Program-made: the position numbers and the translations under genes
Assembly: GCF_006345805.1 (NCBI RefSeq)
Contig: NW_021827542.1
Coordinates: forward strand, 1 to 29,299
From: Octopus sinensis
Taxonomy: Eukaryota
DNA length: 29,299 nucleotides
Direction of reading: 5' to 3'
In this document: positions 1 through 9,944 of the stretch, one piece after another
Position numbering within the stretch: the stretch's first letter is position 1
Layout: each line of letters starts with the position of its first letter
Notes under the pieces: generated by a model
The model's database searches: none
Told to the model about the DNA's origin: nothing
The model's input: the letters and a program-made list of their open reading frames with translations, nothing else

Positions 1-142
1 TTCAGTTTCCGTCTACAAATCCACTCACAAGGCTTTGGTCAGCCTGAGGTATAGTAGAAGACACTGCCCAAGGTCCACGCAGTGGGACTGAACCCGGAAC
101 CATGTGGTTGGTAAACAAGCTACTTACCACACAGCCTCTCCT
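1..142 (-). mobile_element. tRNA-headed SINE family A, 5' part (cut by window edge)
   Basis: Reverse complement reads GGCTGTGTGGTAAGTAGCTTG...GGTTCCGGGTTCAGTCCCACTGCGTGG (A/B-box-like head), matching copies at 11601 and 20666. Confidence 0.85.
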
Positions 143-507
143 AATAATATATATACTACCGTGCAAACATGAAATATGTAAAAACAGGACAAGTAAACAC
201 AGAGAAAGGACCCTTCATCAGTTGTCTATCTACTCCTCATTTCGAGCATTCAACGACAATTTGAGTCTTTGAAGACTGTTGCTCCCATAAATTCTAAAAT
301 AAAATTTAGGATTTATGGAGGGTCAAAGCTGGAGACATGCAAGGAAACTGAATGAAAACAAACATGGAGGGTCATCAGACCAGAACAAGAGGAAAGAATG
401 CTGGGAGAAATAATCTCTTTGAAAAGAGAAATGATAGAGAGAAATAAAATGTTCATTCTTTTGAACATCTGCAGGAAAAGAAAGATGGACGATGGTCATG
501 TGTGAAC

Positions 508-509
<2 letters not shown>

Positions 510-538
<29 letters not shown>
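510..538. repeat. (AG)n microsatellite
   Basis: Direct reading. Confidence 0.95.
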
Positions 539-541
<3 letters not shown>

Positions 542-677
542 TGGTGAAAGAGGGAGGGGGAAAAAGGGAATTAGAGAAGGATGGAGGAAGAAAACAATAT
601 AGAATAGTCACACCAAAAAGGTGAATATAAACTTACTTGGAAATGGATACTGTTTTCTTTCTCCATCCTTCTCTAAT

Positions 678-680
<3 letters not shown>

Positions 681-729
<49 letters not shown>

Positions 730-855
730 ATATATATGTGTGTGTGTGTCTTTGTGTCTGTGTTGTCCGTCTTTGTGCCTGTGTTTGTACCCCACCACTG
801 TTTGATAACCAGTGTTGGTGTGTCCCCGTAACTTTGCAGTGTGGCAAAAGAAAAT
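681..855 (+). mobile_element. (CT)n(AT)n(GT)n run plus internal fragment of SINE family A
   Basis: tttgataaccagtgttggtgtgtccccgtaactt...ggcaaaaga aligns with 20885-20950. Confidence 0.7.
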
Positions 856-1072
856 CCTGCTTCAAAGTATTGAAAAATACTTAACTCCTTTGAAGTAGCT
901 GTGACCGTTAGAGGGACCATGTTTGTTTGAAAAATGTATTATAATTTTCATTTCATATAATGTCTGAAAGAAATAGCAGAAAAGCAACTTGGTAGTGGAA
1001 GGCCAATATGGAACCAATTTGTGATCTGTACGTGGATGAAAGTAAAGTTGCTTATGAGAATTTTACAAGGAT

Positions 1073-1338
1073 CAACTGAAAGAAGCCTGTCGTATATATG
1101 TATATATATATGTATGTATGTCTATATGTTTGTGTGTCTGTGATTTCTCCCTCTAGCATTGCTTGACAACTGATGCTGGTGTGTTTACGTCCCCGTCACT
1201 TTGCAGTTCAGCAAAAGAGACCGATAGAATAAGTACTGGGCTTACAAAGAATAAGTCCCGGGGTCGATTTGCTTGACTAAAGGCAGTGCTCCAGCATGGC
1301 CGCAGTCAAATGACTGAAACAAATAAAAGAGTAAAAGA
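1073..1338 (+). mobile_element. SINE family A, 3' half
   Basis: aactgaaagaagcc, internal microsatellite, then ...cagcatggccgcagtcaaatgactgaaacaaataaaagagtaaaag tail shared with other copies. Confidence 0.9.
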
Positions 1339-1869
1339 GGGTTGTTTTTGGTTTTTTTTACAGAAAGAAAAAAAACTAAAACAAAATAATGCTGTGATAT
1401 TTCTTCATGCATTTATCAAAACCAACTGCTGCAATTCCATAGATTGTCTTTTCTATGATGTCTTGTTTATCAAAAATTCTGTCTTGATAGACTTGGGGGT
1501 TCAACAATGCTGTCTTAAGCCACCCAAGATAAAGCAGTCTTTCTTCCTGCAACATCAACTCCCTAGCATTTCTCTTGTTTCATATTTGAAAATGTTATCT
1601 GCATCAAAAATGTACCAATGGGAGTGGTAGCGATCTTGTGTTTCCTACTAAAAAAATGCAGAAGGCGTCTTTTAGGCTTTTTTTTTTACCGTTTTTTAGC
1701 ATTTCAATAGATTCCCACATTGATTTTGAGCTGGGAGCATTTCTGGTGTTAAGTTCCTTTTAAAACGTTGACTGGGTGTGTTGCAAATATTATAATATGT
1801 TGAAGGCAGAGGTGACTAAAAGCAGAAGTGGTAGATGTCAGATAAATGCCTGGATGTATTTGGTTATGT

Positions 1870-2165
1870 CTCAGTTAGAGTAATGAGGACTTTGACCATT
1901 AGGCTGTGGGTTCAATTTCCAAACTTGCAGTACCTTATGCAAAGCACTTCATTTCGCATTATTCCAATTAATCCACTTCGCTGAAAAATGAGGATCAGCA
2001 ACAACTGCAGAAGCGTTAATTCTGTAATGGGCCAAAAAGCGTTGGGATTTGCTCAGCCTTTTTCCCTTTATCTCCTTGGGTCAATAAAATAAGTTGCAAT
2101 CAAGTGTTGAGGGTTGATTTAATCAACCCTACTTTTCCCCTTGCTTGCATTTCAAGCCTTGTTAA
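1870..2165 (+). mobile_element. Old degenerate tRNA-derived SINE(s)
   Basis: gtgggttcaatttcc B-box-like head; downstream gggtcaataaaataag...ggttgatttaatcaac resembles the family B core. Confidence 0.45.
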
Positions 2166-2229
2166 GTTAAAGTCTGTCTCAAATCTTCAGGCTCATTAGA
2201 TTGGAATTTATCTTGGATTATCTGTGGTG

Positions 2230-2410
2230 TTTAAGCAACTGAGAGTACAAGACTGCCCTTGGATAGGATGCTAGTCCATTGCAGGGTTAACTCTCCCCCA
2301 GCTGTTACTGGTACTCGTTTTTTCAGTTAAGCAGAGTAGAATGATGTGAAATGGAATGCCTTGCATAACATGCCACAAGTCTAGGAATTGAACTTCTTAA
2401 CTACCCATGC
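2230..2410 (-). mobile_element. Old SINE remnant
   Basis: ctggtactcgtttttcag...ggaattgaac resembles a reverse-oriented SINE body and head; heavily diverged. Confidence 0.35.
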
Positions 2411-2909
2411 TTGCACCCTTATACCCGCATTCAAACTGAAAGACAGATATTGTATTTCAAACTCTGAAAGCTGTTGGGCAGTAGCTCTGCATTTCTTATA
2501 ATTCAACAGATTAAAGTACATTTATGACTGGCTTTTTTTAATAAGGGAGGTTGACTCATACCATCAGATATTAATTTTCTTAACAGTCTCTCTTGTAACA
2601 TAATCACGACAGCCAGGATATGTCTCGGCTCACATGAATTTTTTGTCTATAATAAACATCATCTGGAATAAAAGAATACATATATATATATTGAAGGAAG
2701 TGGGTAGAAAGTGGAGAAAAAGAAACATGGGTAAGACATTATTTAAGAGTAGAAGGAAATGTGTAAGATGACTATTAGATTAGTTGGCAATGGTTATCAT
2801 TTCTGTGCATAACTCTCATAACCTCCTCTGGGTAGAGGATTTCAGCATTTATTATTGCTGTTGCTTCTGTATAAGAACCAAATAAAACAGTGTGCAAATT
2901 TTCTTTATT

Positions 2910-3052
2910 GCATGGCTGTATGGTTAAGAAGCTCACGTTGCAACCACATGGTTCCGGGTTCAGTCCCAATGTGTGACACCTTGGTCAAGTGTCTTCTACT
3001 ATAGCCCCCGCCCCAGGTCAAACAATGCACTATGAGTGCATTTCATAGACAC
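2910..3052 (+). mobile_element. SINE family A, 5' part
   Basis: gcatggctgtatggttaagaagc...ggttccgggttcagtccc...caagtgtcttctactatagc. Confidence 0.85.
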
Positions 3053-3138
3053 GATTTGGGATATAGAATCTTGTCATAAATGTATGTGTGTGTGTGTGTG
3101 TGCATATGGATGTATTCATGTATGTGTGTGTATATATA

Positions 3139-3359
3139 CAGGGTTGGCTGACAATAAATAAAATTCTATAGATACTTAATATTCAATTTTACTTATTTAT
3201 TCCAATTATGAATGTTTAATAATTAAATGCTGTGAGTTAAAATCAGTCTTTTTTTTCAACATTTGTCTATTTATTAGCAAAGTCTCATATAAAATATTTA
3301 TTTGTTTTAATCCTGGAATTAAATGGTTTTGATTTGCAGTCAGGTGACTTTGGCCAACC

Positions 3360-3362
<3 letters not shown>
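3139..3362. mobile_element. Tc1/mariner-type MITE (224 bp)
   Basis: Perfect 10-bp TIR CAGGGTTGGC / GCCAACCCTG, flanked on both sides by TA repeats. Confidence 0.75.
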
Positions 3363-3397
<35 letters not shown>

Positions 3398-3401
<4 letters not shown>

Positions 3402-3520
3402 AAAGTAAGCAACAGGGTATCAAGTAGTAATGGAGTACGACCGTTTCAGGTGGCTCCATTTAATTGAACAATGCAATCATTACATCAATTTAAATGCAGT
3501 GTTATCTTCAGCTGCACAAA
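3398..3520 (-). mobile_element. Probable Penelope-like element terminus with degenerate hammerhead
   Basis: End sequence aaagtaagcaacag...gtacgaccgtttc resembles aaaataagcaacaag...gtacgatcgtttc at 27859-27904; abuts (TA)n. Confidence 0.5.
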
Positions 3521-4241
3521 TAAATAAATGGAATTTTAACAAGTAGGACACATTAATATGATTTTCCTCAAATATTTTAACAGAGTAAGAAGATCGAAGA
3601 AATTCATGTTGTCACTATTGTAGCTAGGAATAGAATACAACTTCTAAGAATTGCATGAAGTGTAGTGGGGTTATAGGGTTGTAAGGGTTTTAATTAATTT
3701 CAAATTCATTTATATCTTTATCAACTACTAAATTTGAGACTAGAAGACTGTGTCTATTTTAAATAAAAGACAAGTGTGAGTAGACAGCTCATGGCTAGGT
3801 AACATCATAAATATTATCATATGTATCCCTTTTCCCCAGTGAGGAAATAAGACATTAGGAGTAGTCAGTTGGATATAAGTAACTGTCTATAAAAAGATGT
3901 AGGCTAGGGGTAGACTTTAAATCATGATGTTAATTACCAGTTAAAGGGGCTGGGCACTAAGAAACCTAAGATGTTAATACAGAGAAAATTTTATTAGGGG
4001 CACTATGGGGGAATGTTTATAAACAATATTGTTATGTTGTATAAAAATAAAATTTAAGAATTCCAAACATGATATCATAACCAAAATAGGTAAAAGGTGT
4101 GTATATATCAATTATAAACATTAAATGAGAAAATTACATAGAACCAGTTTAATATGTCTCATAGACATATCAAATATCAATTTAAGAGCAAGAAAAATAA
4201 CAATTTATAAGGGATAAGAGGTTATTATTATTATTATCAAT

Positions 4242-4442
4242 GTGGCCAACTGGCAGAGTTATTAGCATGCAGGGCAAAATACCTAGCAGGCTGTCTTCAC
4301 ATTCTGAGTTCCATCTTTGCCGGGGTCATTCTTTCAGGATCGATAAAATAAGTACCAGTTGAATACTGGGGTCGATGTAATCAACTTATCCCTTCACCTG
4401 AGATTACTAGCACTGTACCAACATTTGAAAGCATTATTATTA
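4242..4442 (+). mobile_element. SINE family B (GGGTCGATAAAATAAGTACCAG core) with (ATT)n tail
   Basis: Aligns with the well preserved copy at 24945-25181. Confidence 0.8.
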
Positions 4443-4458
4443 TTTTTTTTTTTGTCCT

Positions 4459-4623
4459 TATGTTCTGAGTTCATATTCTACCAAGGTCGACTTTGGCTTT
4501 CATCCTTTCGAGGTCAATGAAATAAGTACCAGTTATGCACTGGGGGAGGCGAGGTAATTGACTAGCCCCTCCCACCAAATTTCAGGCCTTGTGCCTATAG
4601 TAGAAAAGATTATTATTATTATT
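4459..4623 (+). mobile_element. SINE family B, 5'-truncated, (ATT)n tail
   Basis: gttctgagttc...ggtcgactttggctttcatcctttcgaggtcaatgaaataagtaccag. Confidence 0.85.
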
Positions 4624-5107
4624 GTAAAGAAGACAGCATGCTGGGCCAGGACCTTATTGTAGAAAAAATTCTTCTTCTTCTTCTTACCACCACCACAACC
4701 ACCGCCACCCCCACCACTACCACCACTTCCTTCTGAGGAAGGAAGACATTGAAGTAATTTAGCTCCCAATAATCTGGATGGTTATAATGGCTAGGAAATG
4801 AAGACTTAAAAATTATTATTTTTATTACTACAAATACATATATAAAGTTTATATCTCAAGAACAGAATAAGGAGAAAGTTTAATTTATTTCACGGCAGAA
4901 GGAAAAAGGAAATAGATCCTTCAATGGAATGGATTAACAATCTTTGTTCCTTTACACTAATCACTACAAGTCTGACAGGATTTCAAAGCTGGTTCACCCT
5001 TGAATACCTCAAATGGAAAGTATTGTGGCACTGAGAGATTAACTGGCATCTGATTCCTTTCTTTTTGTATGAGAAAAAAAAAAAAAATGGAAAGGAAAAT
5101 AGTTCTC

Positions 5108-5495
5108 CAATATGGAAAAAGATTTGCTGCCAATCACATGATTCCAGGTTCAATATTACTGTGTGTCACCTTGGGCAAGTTTCTTTTACTTTTGCTCCAG
5201 GCTAACCAAAACCTTGTGAGTTGGTAGAAACTCAAAGAAGCCCATCATATATGTGTGTGCGTGTATGTGTGTGTGTGTGCCTTTGTGTTTGTGTTTATCC
5301 CCATTACCACTTAATAAGTGGTGTTGGTTTGTTTATGTCCCTGTGACTTAGTGGTTCAGCAAACGAGATTGATGGAATAAATACAATGCTTAAAAAAAAG
5401 AGAACACTGGGTGTGATTTGTTCCACTAAAACCTTTCAAGCTGGTTCCCCAACATGGCTGCAGTCTAATGACAAACAAAGGATAAAAGATAAAAA
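5108..5495 (+). mobile_element. SINE family A, diverged near-full copy
   Basis: Head ccaggttcaat, core, internal (GT)n and caacatggctgcagtctaatgac tail all present. Confidence 0.8.
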
Positions 5496-5533
5496 ACACT
5501 TTTGCAAAAAAAAATATATATATATATATATAT

Positions 5534-5978
5534 CATCACATCATCATCATCATCATCATCATTTAGCGTCCGTTCTCCATGCTAGCATAGGTTGGACGGT
5601 TCAACTGGGGTCTGTGAAGCTGGAAGGCTTCATCAGGTCCAGTCAGATCTGGCAGTGTTTCTACGGCTGGATGCCCTTCCTAACGCCAACCACTCCGTGA
5701 GTGTAGTGGGTGCTTTTTACGTGCCACCCGCACAGTGCCAGACAGAGCTGGCAAACGGCCATGAACGGATGGTGCTTTTACGTGTCACCGGCACGGGCCA
5801 GGCGAGGCTGGCAACGGACACGAACGGAATGGTGCTTTTTACGTGCCACCAACACGGGGGCCAGACAGGGCTGGCAACGGCCACGAAACAGATGGTGCTT
5901 TTACGTGTCACCGGCACGGGGCCAGGCGAGGCTGGCAACGGGCACGAACGGATGGTGCTTTTACATGCCACCGACACG
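5534..5978 (-). mobile_element. Family C retroposon 3' end (RTE-like tail, (ATG)n end) with ~61-bp tandem units
   Basis: (CAT)n then tccatgctagcataggttggacg...ggatgcccttcctaacgccaaccactccg; tandem units start at 5709, 5771, 5831, 5894, 5954. Confidence 0.85.
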
Positions 5979-6002
5979 ATATATATATATATATATATAT
6001 AT

Positions 6003-6311
6003 GGAGGTGCAATGGCCCAGTGGTTAGGGCAGCGGACTCGTGGTTGTAGGATCGCGGTTTCGATTCCCAGACCGGGCGTTGTGAGTGTTTATTGAGCGAA
6101 AACACCTAAAGCTCCACGAGGCTCCGCCAGGGGTCATGGCGATCCCTGCTGTACTCTTTCACCACAACTTTCTCTCACTCTTTCTTCTGTTGGCCTGCTT
6201 GCTTAGCCAGTGGGGTGGCGTCATTTGAAGGCTAAAACAATGTGAAGCGCATTGTGACCAGCGATGTGTAGCAACATCTGTTAGCCTGGTCGGTCACGGT
6301 GATCACGGTGA
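6003..6311 (+). mobile_element. tRNA(Arg)-like-headed SINE (OR-like), tail type 1
   Basis: GGAGGTGCAATGGCCCAGTGGTTAGGG...GGTTTCGATTCCCAG head; second copy at 28965-29258; flanked by (AT)n. Confidence 0.9.
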
Positions 6312-6329
6312 TATATATATGTATAAATA

Positions 6330-6640
6330 TATGTGTTAGATAATAAAACGAATGGTTTATACCTGGTAGCTTACTGGTAAAGCGCAGTCACTTTCACAGT
6401 GTTTGTTATGTATCTGGTTAATGAGAAATGGAAGATACAAGAGTCTTTATTAATCACTACAATTGTTTCGACACATCTAGCTTCGATCTCTCACAGGTGG
6501 GATATTTAACAACTGGTTCAGGAGCATCCAATGGCACAAATGTATCTCTTCGGGTGTTAAACAGATACAACTCATTAAAATAACAATTTTCCACAATGTA
6601 TTTTCTCACTTCTTGTGAAGAAAAGCAACAAATTAAAGGA
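6330..6640 (-). mobile_element. Probable Penelope-like element remnant
   Basis: Contains a minimal hammerhead motif (6455-6499) followed on the minus strand by AATAAA (6446-6451). Boundaries approximate. Confidence 0.45.
6455..6499 (-). ncRNA. Minimal type-I hammerhead ribozyme, one core base deleted
   Basis: CAC-CUG(-)UGA-G...C-GAAAC-AAUU-GUA-GUG; palindromic ACAAUUGU stem III; CAC/GUG stem I. Confidence 0.6.
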
Positions 6641-6643
6641 GAC

Positions 6644-7098
6644 CATCATCATCATCATCATCATCATCATTAACTTCCGTTTTCCATGCTCGCATGGGTT
6701 GGACAGTTTGACTGGGGTCTGGTAAGCCATGGAGGCTGCACCAAGCTCCAGTCTGGTTTGGCTGTATTTCTACAGCTGGATGCCCTTCCTAACACCAACC
6801 ACTCCGTGAGTGTAGTGGGTGTTTTTTACGTGCCACCGGCACAGGGGCCGAGGAGGCTGGCAAACGGCCACGATTGGTTGGTGCTTTTACGTGTCACCGA
6901 CACGGACACCAGTCAGGTGGGGCTGGCATCTGCCATGTTTGGACGGTGTTTTTACGTGCCACCGGCACAGGGGCCAGAGGAGGCTGGCAAGCGGCCACGA
7001 TCGGTTGGTGCTTTTACGTGTCACCGACACGGACGCCAGCCAGGCGGCGCTGGCATCTGCTACGTTTGGACGGTGCTTTTTACGTGTCACCGGTACGG
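6644..7098 (-). mobile_element. Family C retroposon 3' end with ~64-bp tandem units
   Basis: Same (CAT)n tail and ggatgcccttcctaac core as 5534-5978; units start near 6818, 6881, 6946, 7008, 7073. Confidence 0.85.
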
Positions 7099-7439
7099 GT
7101 GTCTTGACTACAATTTCCATTTGAATTTTTATTTTGATGTTGATGTACTTGACTCAATAGATAACTTCATTTATACAGAAGATCAATAATAAAATAACAG
7201 ATTAAAAAAGAAACCAACAAGCAATACAGTGAAAAAAGTATTAAATACAACCGTTAACAGATATGGATGTATAAACACCCTCATGTAGCTTGTATGATGT
7301 GTGTATACTCACTCATACAAACAGCTATAAAATTGTAAGCATACATGCTGTTGTCTCAATGGTCTTGTGGGTAAAGACATGGACACTGCAATTCACAAAC
7401 CTCTTTAACAAAGGTTCAATCCTTATAAAAGTATTCAAA

Positions 7440-7502
7440 TTTTTAAATGGCGGTGCCCCAGCATGGCCACAGCTCGTGAGCTGAAACTAGAATCAATCAA
7501 TC
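7440..7502 (+). mobile_element. SINE family A tail fragment with (ATCA)n end
   Basis: ggcggtgccccagcatggccacagc...gaaactagaatcaatcaatca. Confidence 0.6.
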
Positions 7503-7547
7503 ATACACAACCCTGCCAATTCTTCCAATAATAATACACACTGTACA

Positions 7548-7738
7548 TTAGCACGTTGGGTGAAATGCTTTGCGGCAATTTGTCTATCTTTACATTCTGA
7601 GTTCAAATTCTGCTGAGGTCGACTTTGCCTTTCATCCATTTGGGGTCGATAAATTAAGTGCCAGTTGCATACTGGGGTTGCTCTAATCAACTGGCCCCCT
7701 CCATCAAAATTTCAGGCCTTGTGCCTAGAGTTGAAAGG
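7548..7738 (+). mobile_element. SINE family B with 18-bp TSD
   Basis: AATAATACACACTGTACA at 7530-7547 and 7739-7756. Confidence 0.9.
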
Positions 7739-8262
7739 AATAATACACACTGTACACCAACACAATGTTACGGTGCATGAACTGACTCAGATTGAGAATA
7801 TCGGTCAGGAAGAATTGGTCAAGGTAATAAAACTCATTGACGTGTGTTCAACTTGGTTCATATACCCCAAGCTGCTTCTAATTCATATTTGAATTTTTTC
7901 CATGGCATGGCATGTTGGGACATACCAGCAGATGGTTCTTAAACCATTTAGCATATAATCATAGCCAGTTAGACAGCTCACAGCAGAACTCATTGGTTGG
8001 TACGTGGCATTAAGAAGTCACAAGAATGATATAACATCGATGTCTGTCGTTTTGAAAAAAGGGATCTGGTGTGAGTTCTCGCACTTGGCTATGATCTGCT
8101 TTTGGGTGTTTTTATATCAAGGGTATTGAGATTATATTCTCTTACACCTATAAAATGGAGCTGCCCGACAAACAAACAACACATACACACCTCCTGTATG
8201 TGTGTTTGACTTCATATATATATATATACACACATATATATACGTGTTTATACATATATGCA

Positions 8263-8302
<40 letters not shown>

Positions 8303-8307
<5 letters not shown>

Positions 8308-8470
8308 TAATGGTAAGACAACAAAAGAATGAAAGAGACTTTGATATTTAGTAAATAGAGGAATTTATCTGTAATATAATATGTGACAATTATTCGGTTG
8401 CCATTATAAGACTCTGAGTTTCGGATGTCAGGGCGGAAAACTGCTCTGACATCTCGTTAGTTATTGAGGC
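8303..8470 (-). mobile_element. Probable Penelope-like element terminus
   Basis: Hammerhead motif at 8406-8464; minus-strand 3' end abuts (TA)n. Confidence 0.55.
8406..8464 (-). ncRNA. Type-I hammerhead ribozyme, G5->A in core
   Basis: AUAA-CUAACGA-GAUGUCAG...CUGACAUC-C-GAAAC-UCAGA-GUC-UUAU; 8-bp stem II, 4-bp stem I. Confidence 0.65.
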
Positions 8471-8598
8471 AATCAAAAAATGTGATGAAAATGACCGTTA
8501 AGCAAAGGGAAATTACTATGTAATTGACCGTTATTAAGACAAAAGAGATATTAAAATAACCTTTGGAAAACCAATTAGAGCAGTGACTCCGATCAATC

Positions 8599-8649
8599 CC
8601 TGAGATTATCTGAAGAAGGAATTTTTGTATTCTGAAATATTATATCAGG
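8599..8649 (+). ncRNA. Decayed minimal hammerhead motif
   Basis: UAU-CUGAAGA-A-GGAAU-UUUUGU-AUUCU-GAAAUAUU-AUA; restoring CpG transitions gives AUUCC-GAAACGUU. Confidence 0.5.
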
Positions 8650-8794
8650 CTATGGAAGATTAAATTATAACAGTTATTATAATCCATTCTTGTTATTATA
8701 GTGCATTGTTGTGCCATTCAAGACACATTATATTTTACAAACAATACACAATGCTTCAAGCAAACTTACATACTTTCCTATATAGCTACTACAC

Positions 8795-8970
8795 ACATTT
8801 TTTTTTCTCTCCTTGTTTCTTTCCTTGTTTTTTTCTTTGTATCTTTCTGTAGAAGAGCATAGGCTCGAAACGTAAAACACTTTTTCTATTCCTAAGCGCT
8901 ATACTAATACATTTGTTTGTTTGTACACCACCTGCCTTCGTCTTTTGTTTATTTTCGTAAACTTTCCCTT
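8795..8970 (+). mobile_element. Probable Penelope-like terminal repeat fragment
   Basis: Contains hammerhead-like 8842-8879; pyrimidine-rich flanks; ends at (AT)n. Confidence 0.5.
8842..8879 (+). ncRNA. Minimal hammerhead motif, A6->U
   Basis: UCUUU-CUGUAGA-A-GAGC-AUAG-GCUC-GAAAC-GUA-AAACA; palindromic ACGU stem III. Confidence 0.55.
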
Positions 8971-9058
8971 TATTTATATATATATATATACATACATACA
9001 CATATGTATATAGATACACACACACATGCATATATAAATGCACATGTTCATACATGCA

Positions 9059-9097
<39 letters not shown>

Positions 9098-9289
9098 TAT
9101 AAATCCATTGATACATATACATACATATGTACATACATTATCAGGGATTTGTTTCTTTGTCATGTTCTTAATGTGAGAAATTTGTCTAAGATTTCTGTTA
9201 TAGTTTCTTTTCTCCCTGGGGAATAACCGGTATGAATCAGAGGAAATATGGTGTGGATTTGAAGGGTGGTAGGTGGCGGAGGTGGTAGC

Positions 9290-9640
9290 AGTGGTGGTGA
9301 TAGTCACTCCTTGGAAGACTTAAATAATGGTGATGATAGCAGTGATGATAATTATGATGATGGTGGTGGTTGTGGTGGTGGTGGTGGTGGTGGTGATGAG
9401 AGTAATTTCTCGGAAATCTCAAATTGCAAATAAAGATGATGATGATGATGATGATGATGACGACAACTGTGATAATTAAGACAATGATGTTGGTAACAAG
9501 GGTGATGAAAAGAATGATAGCAATGATAATGATGATGATGATGATATGGTGCTCCTGTTGTTGTTGTTGTTGATGATGATGATGATGATGATGATATCGT
9601 GCTCCTGTTGATGATGACGATGATGATGATGATGATGGTG
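9290..9640. repeat. Compound (GGT)/(GAT)/(GTT) trinucleotide region
   Basis: Direct reading; source of the poly-H/I/S ORFs. Confidence 0.9.
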
Positions 9641-9737
9641 AGGTTCTTTTCCTTTTATATTTTGCCATTTCTCCCTGTATTTGCCCCCTCCCCCATGATA
9701 GCATCAACAATAATGACTTCTCACAGTGATACATGAC

Positions 9738-9860
9738 CAAAATTCTGACCTGAGAAGTACAGATGACTTAATTGACCCCAGTACAATAACTGGTTTATTA
9801 TTTTAACAACCCCTTAATAGTGAAAAACAATGTTCAACTTGATAGAATTTGAACTCAAGT
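9738..9860 (-). mobile_element. SINE family B, degenerate fragment
   Basis: aattgaccccagtac...actggtt...agaatttgaactca. Confidence 0.55.
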
Positions 9861-9944
9861 TGTAAAAGAAAATAAACAAAATTTTCCATTGCTCAACAGA
9901 TTCTACCATTTACCATTCTTTTTAATAATACTAACAACAATAAT

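Noticed and set aside
200-380. CTGATGA motifs on minus strand at about 216-222 and 373-379
   Set aside because: No stem II plus GAAA downstream, so no hammerhead can be folded.
1364-1860. Protein-like frames on both strands (e.g. MLQEERLLYLGWLKTALLNPQVYQDRIFDK)
   Set aside because: No recognisable family, no consistent splice pair, frames broken by stops.
4727-5019. Exon candidates HYNHPDYWELNYFNVFLPQKE (minus) and RKKEIDPSMEW...YLKWK (plus)
   Set aside because: Acceptors plausible but donors weak, opposite strands, and no phase-compatible partner or homology found.
6003-6080. Functional tRNA genes at SINE heads (also 25690-25766, 29180-29258)
   Set aside because: They run directly into SINE bodies and lack a proper acceptor stem.
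5592-7189. GC-rich ORFs with repeated VLLRVTG motifs
   Set aside because: They translate the tandem units of retroposon tails and are open in several frames.
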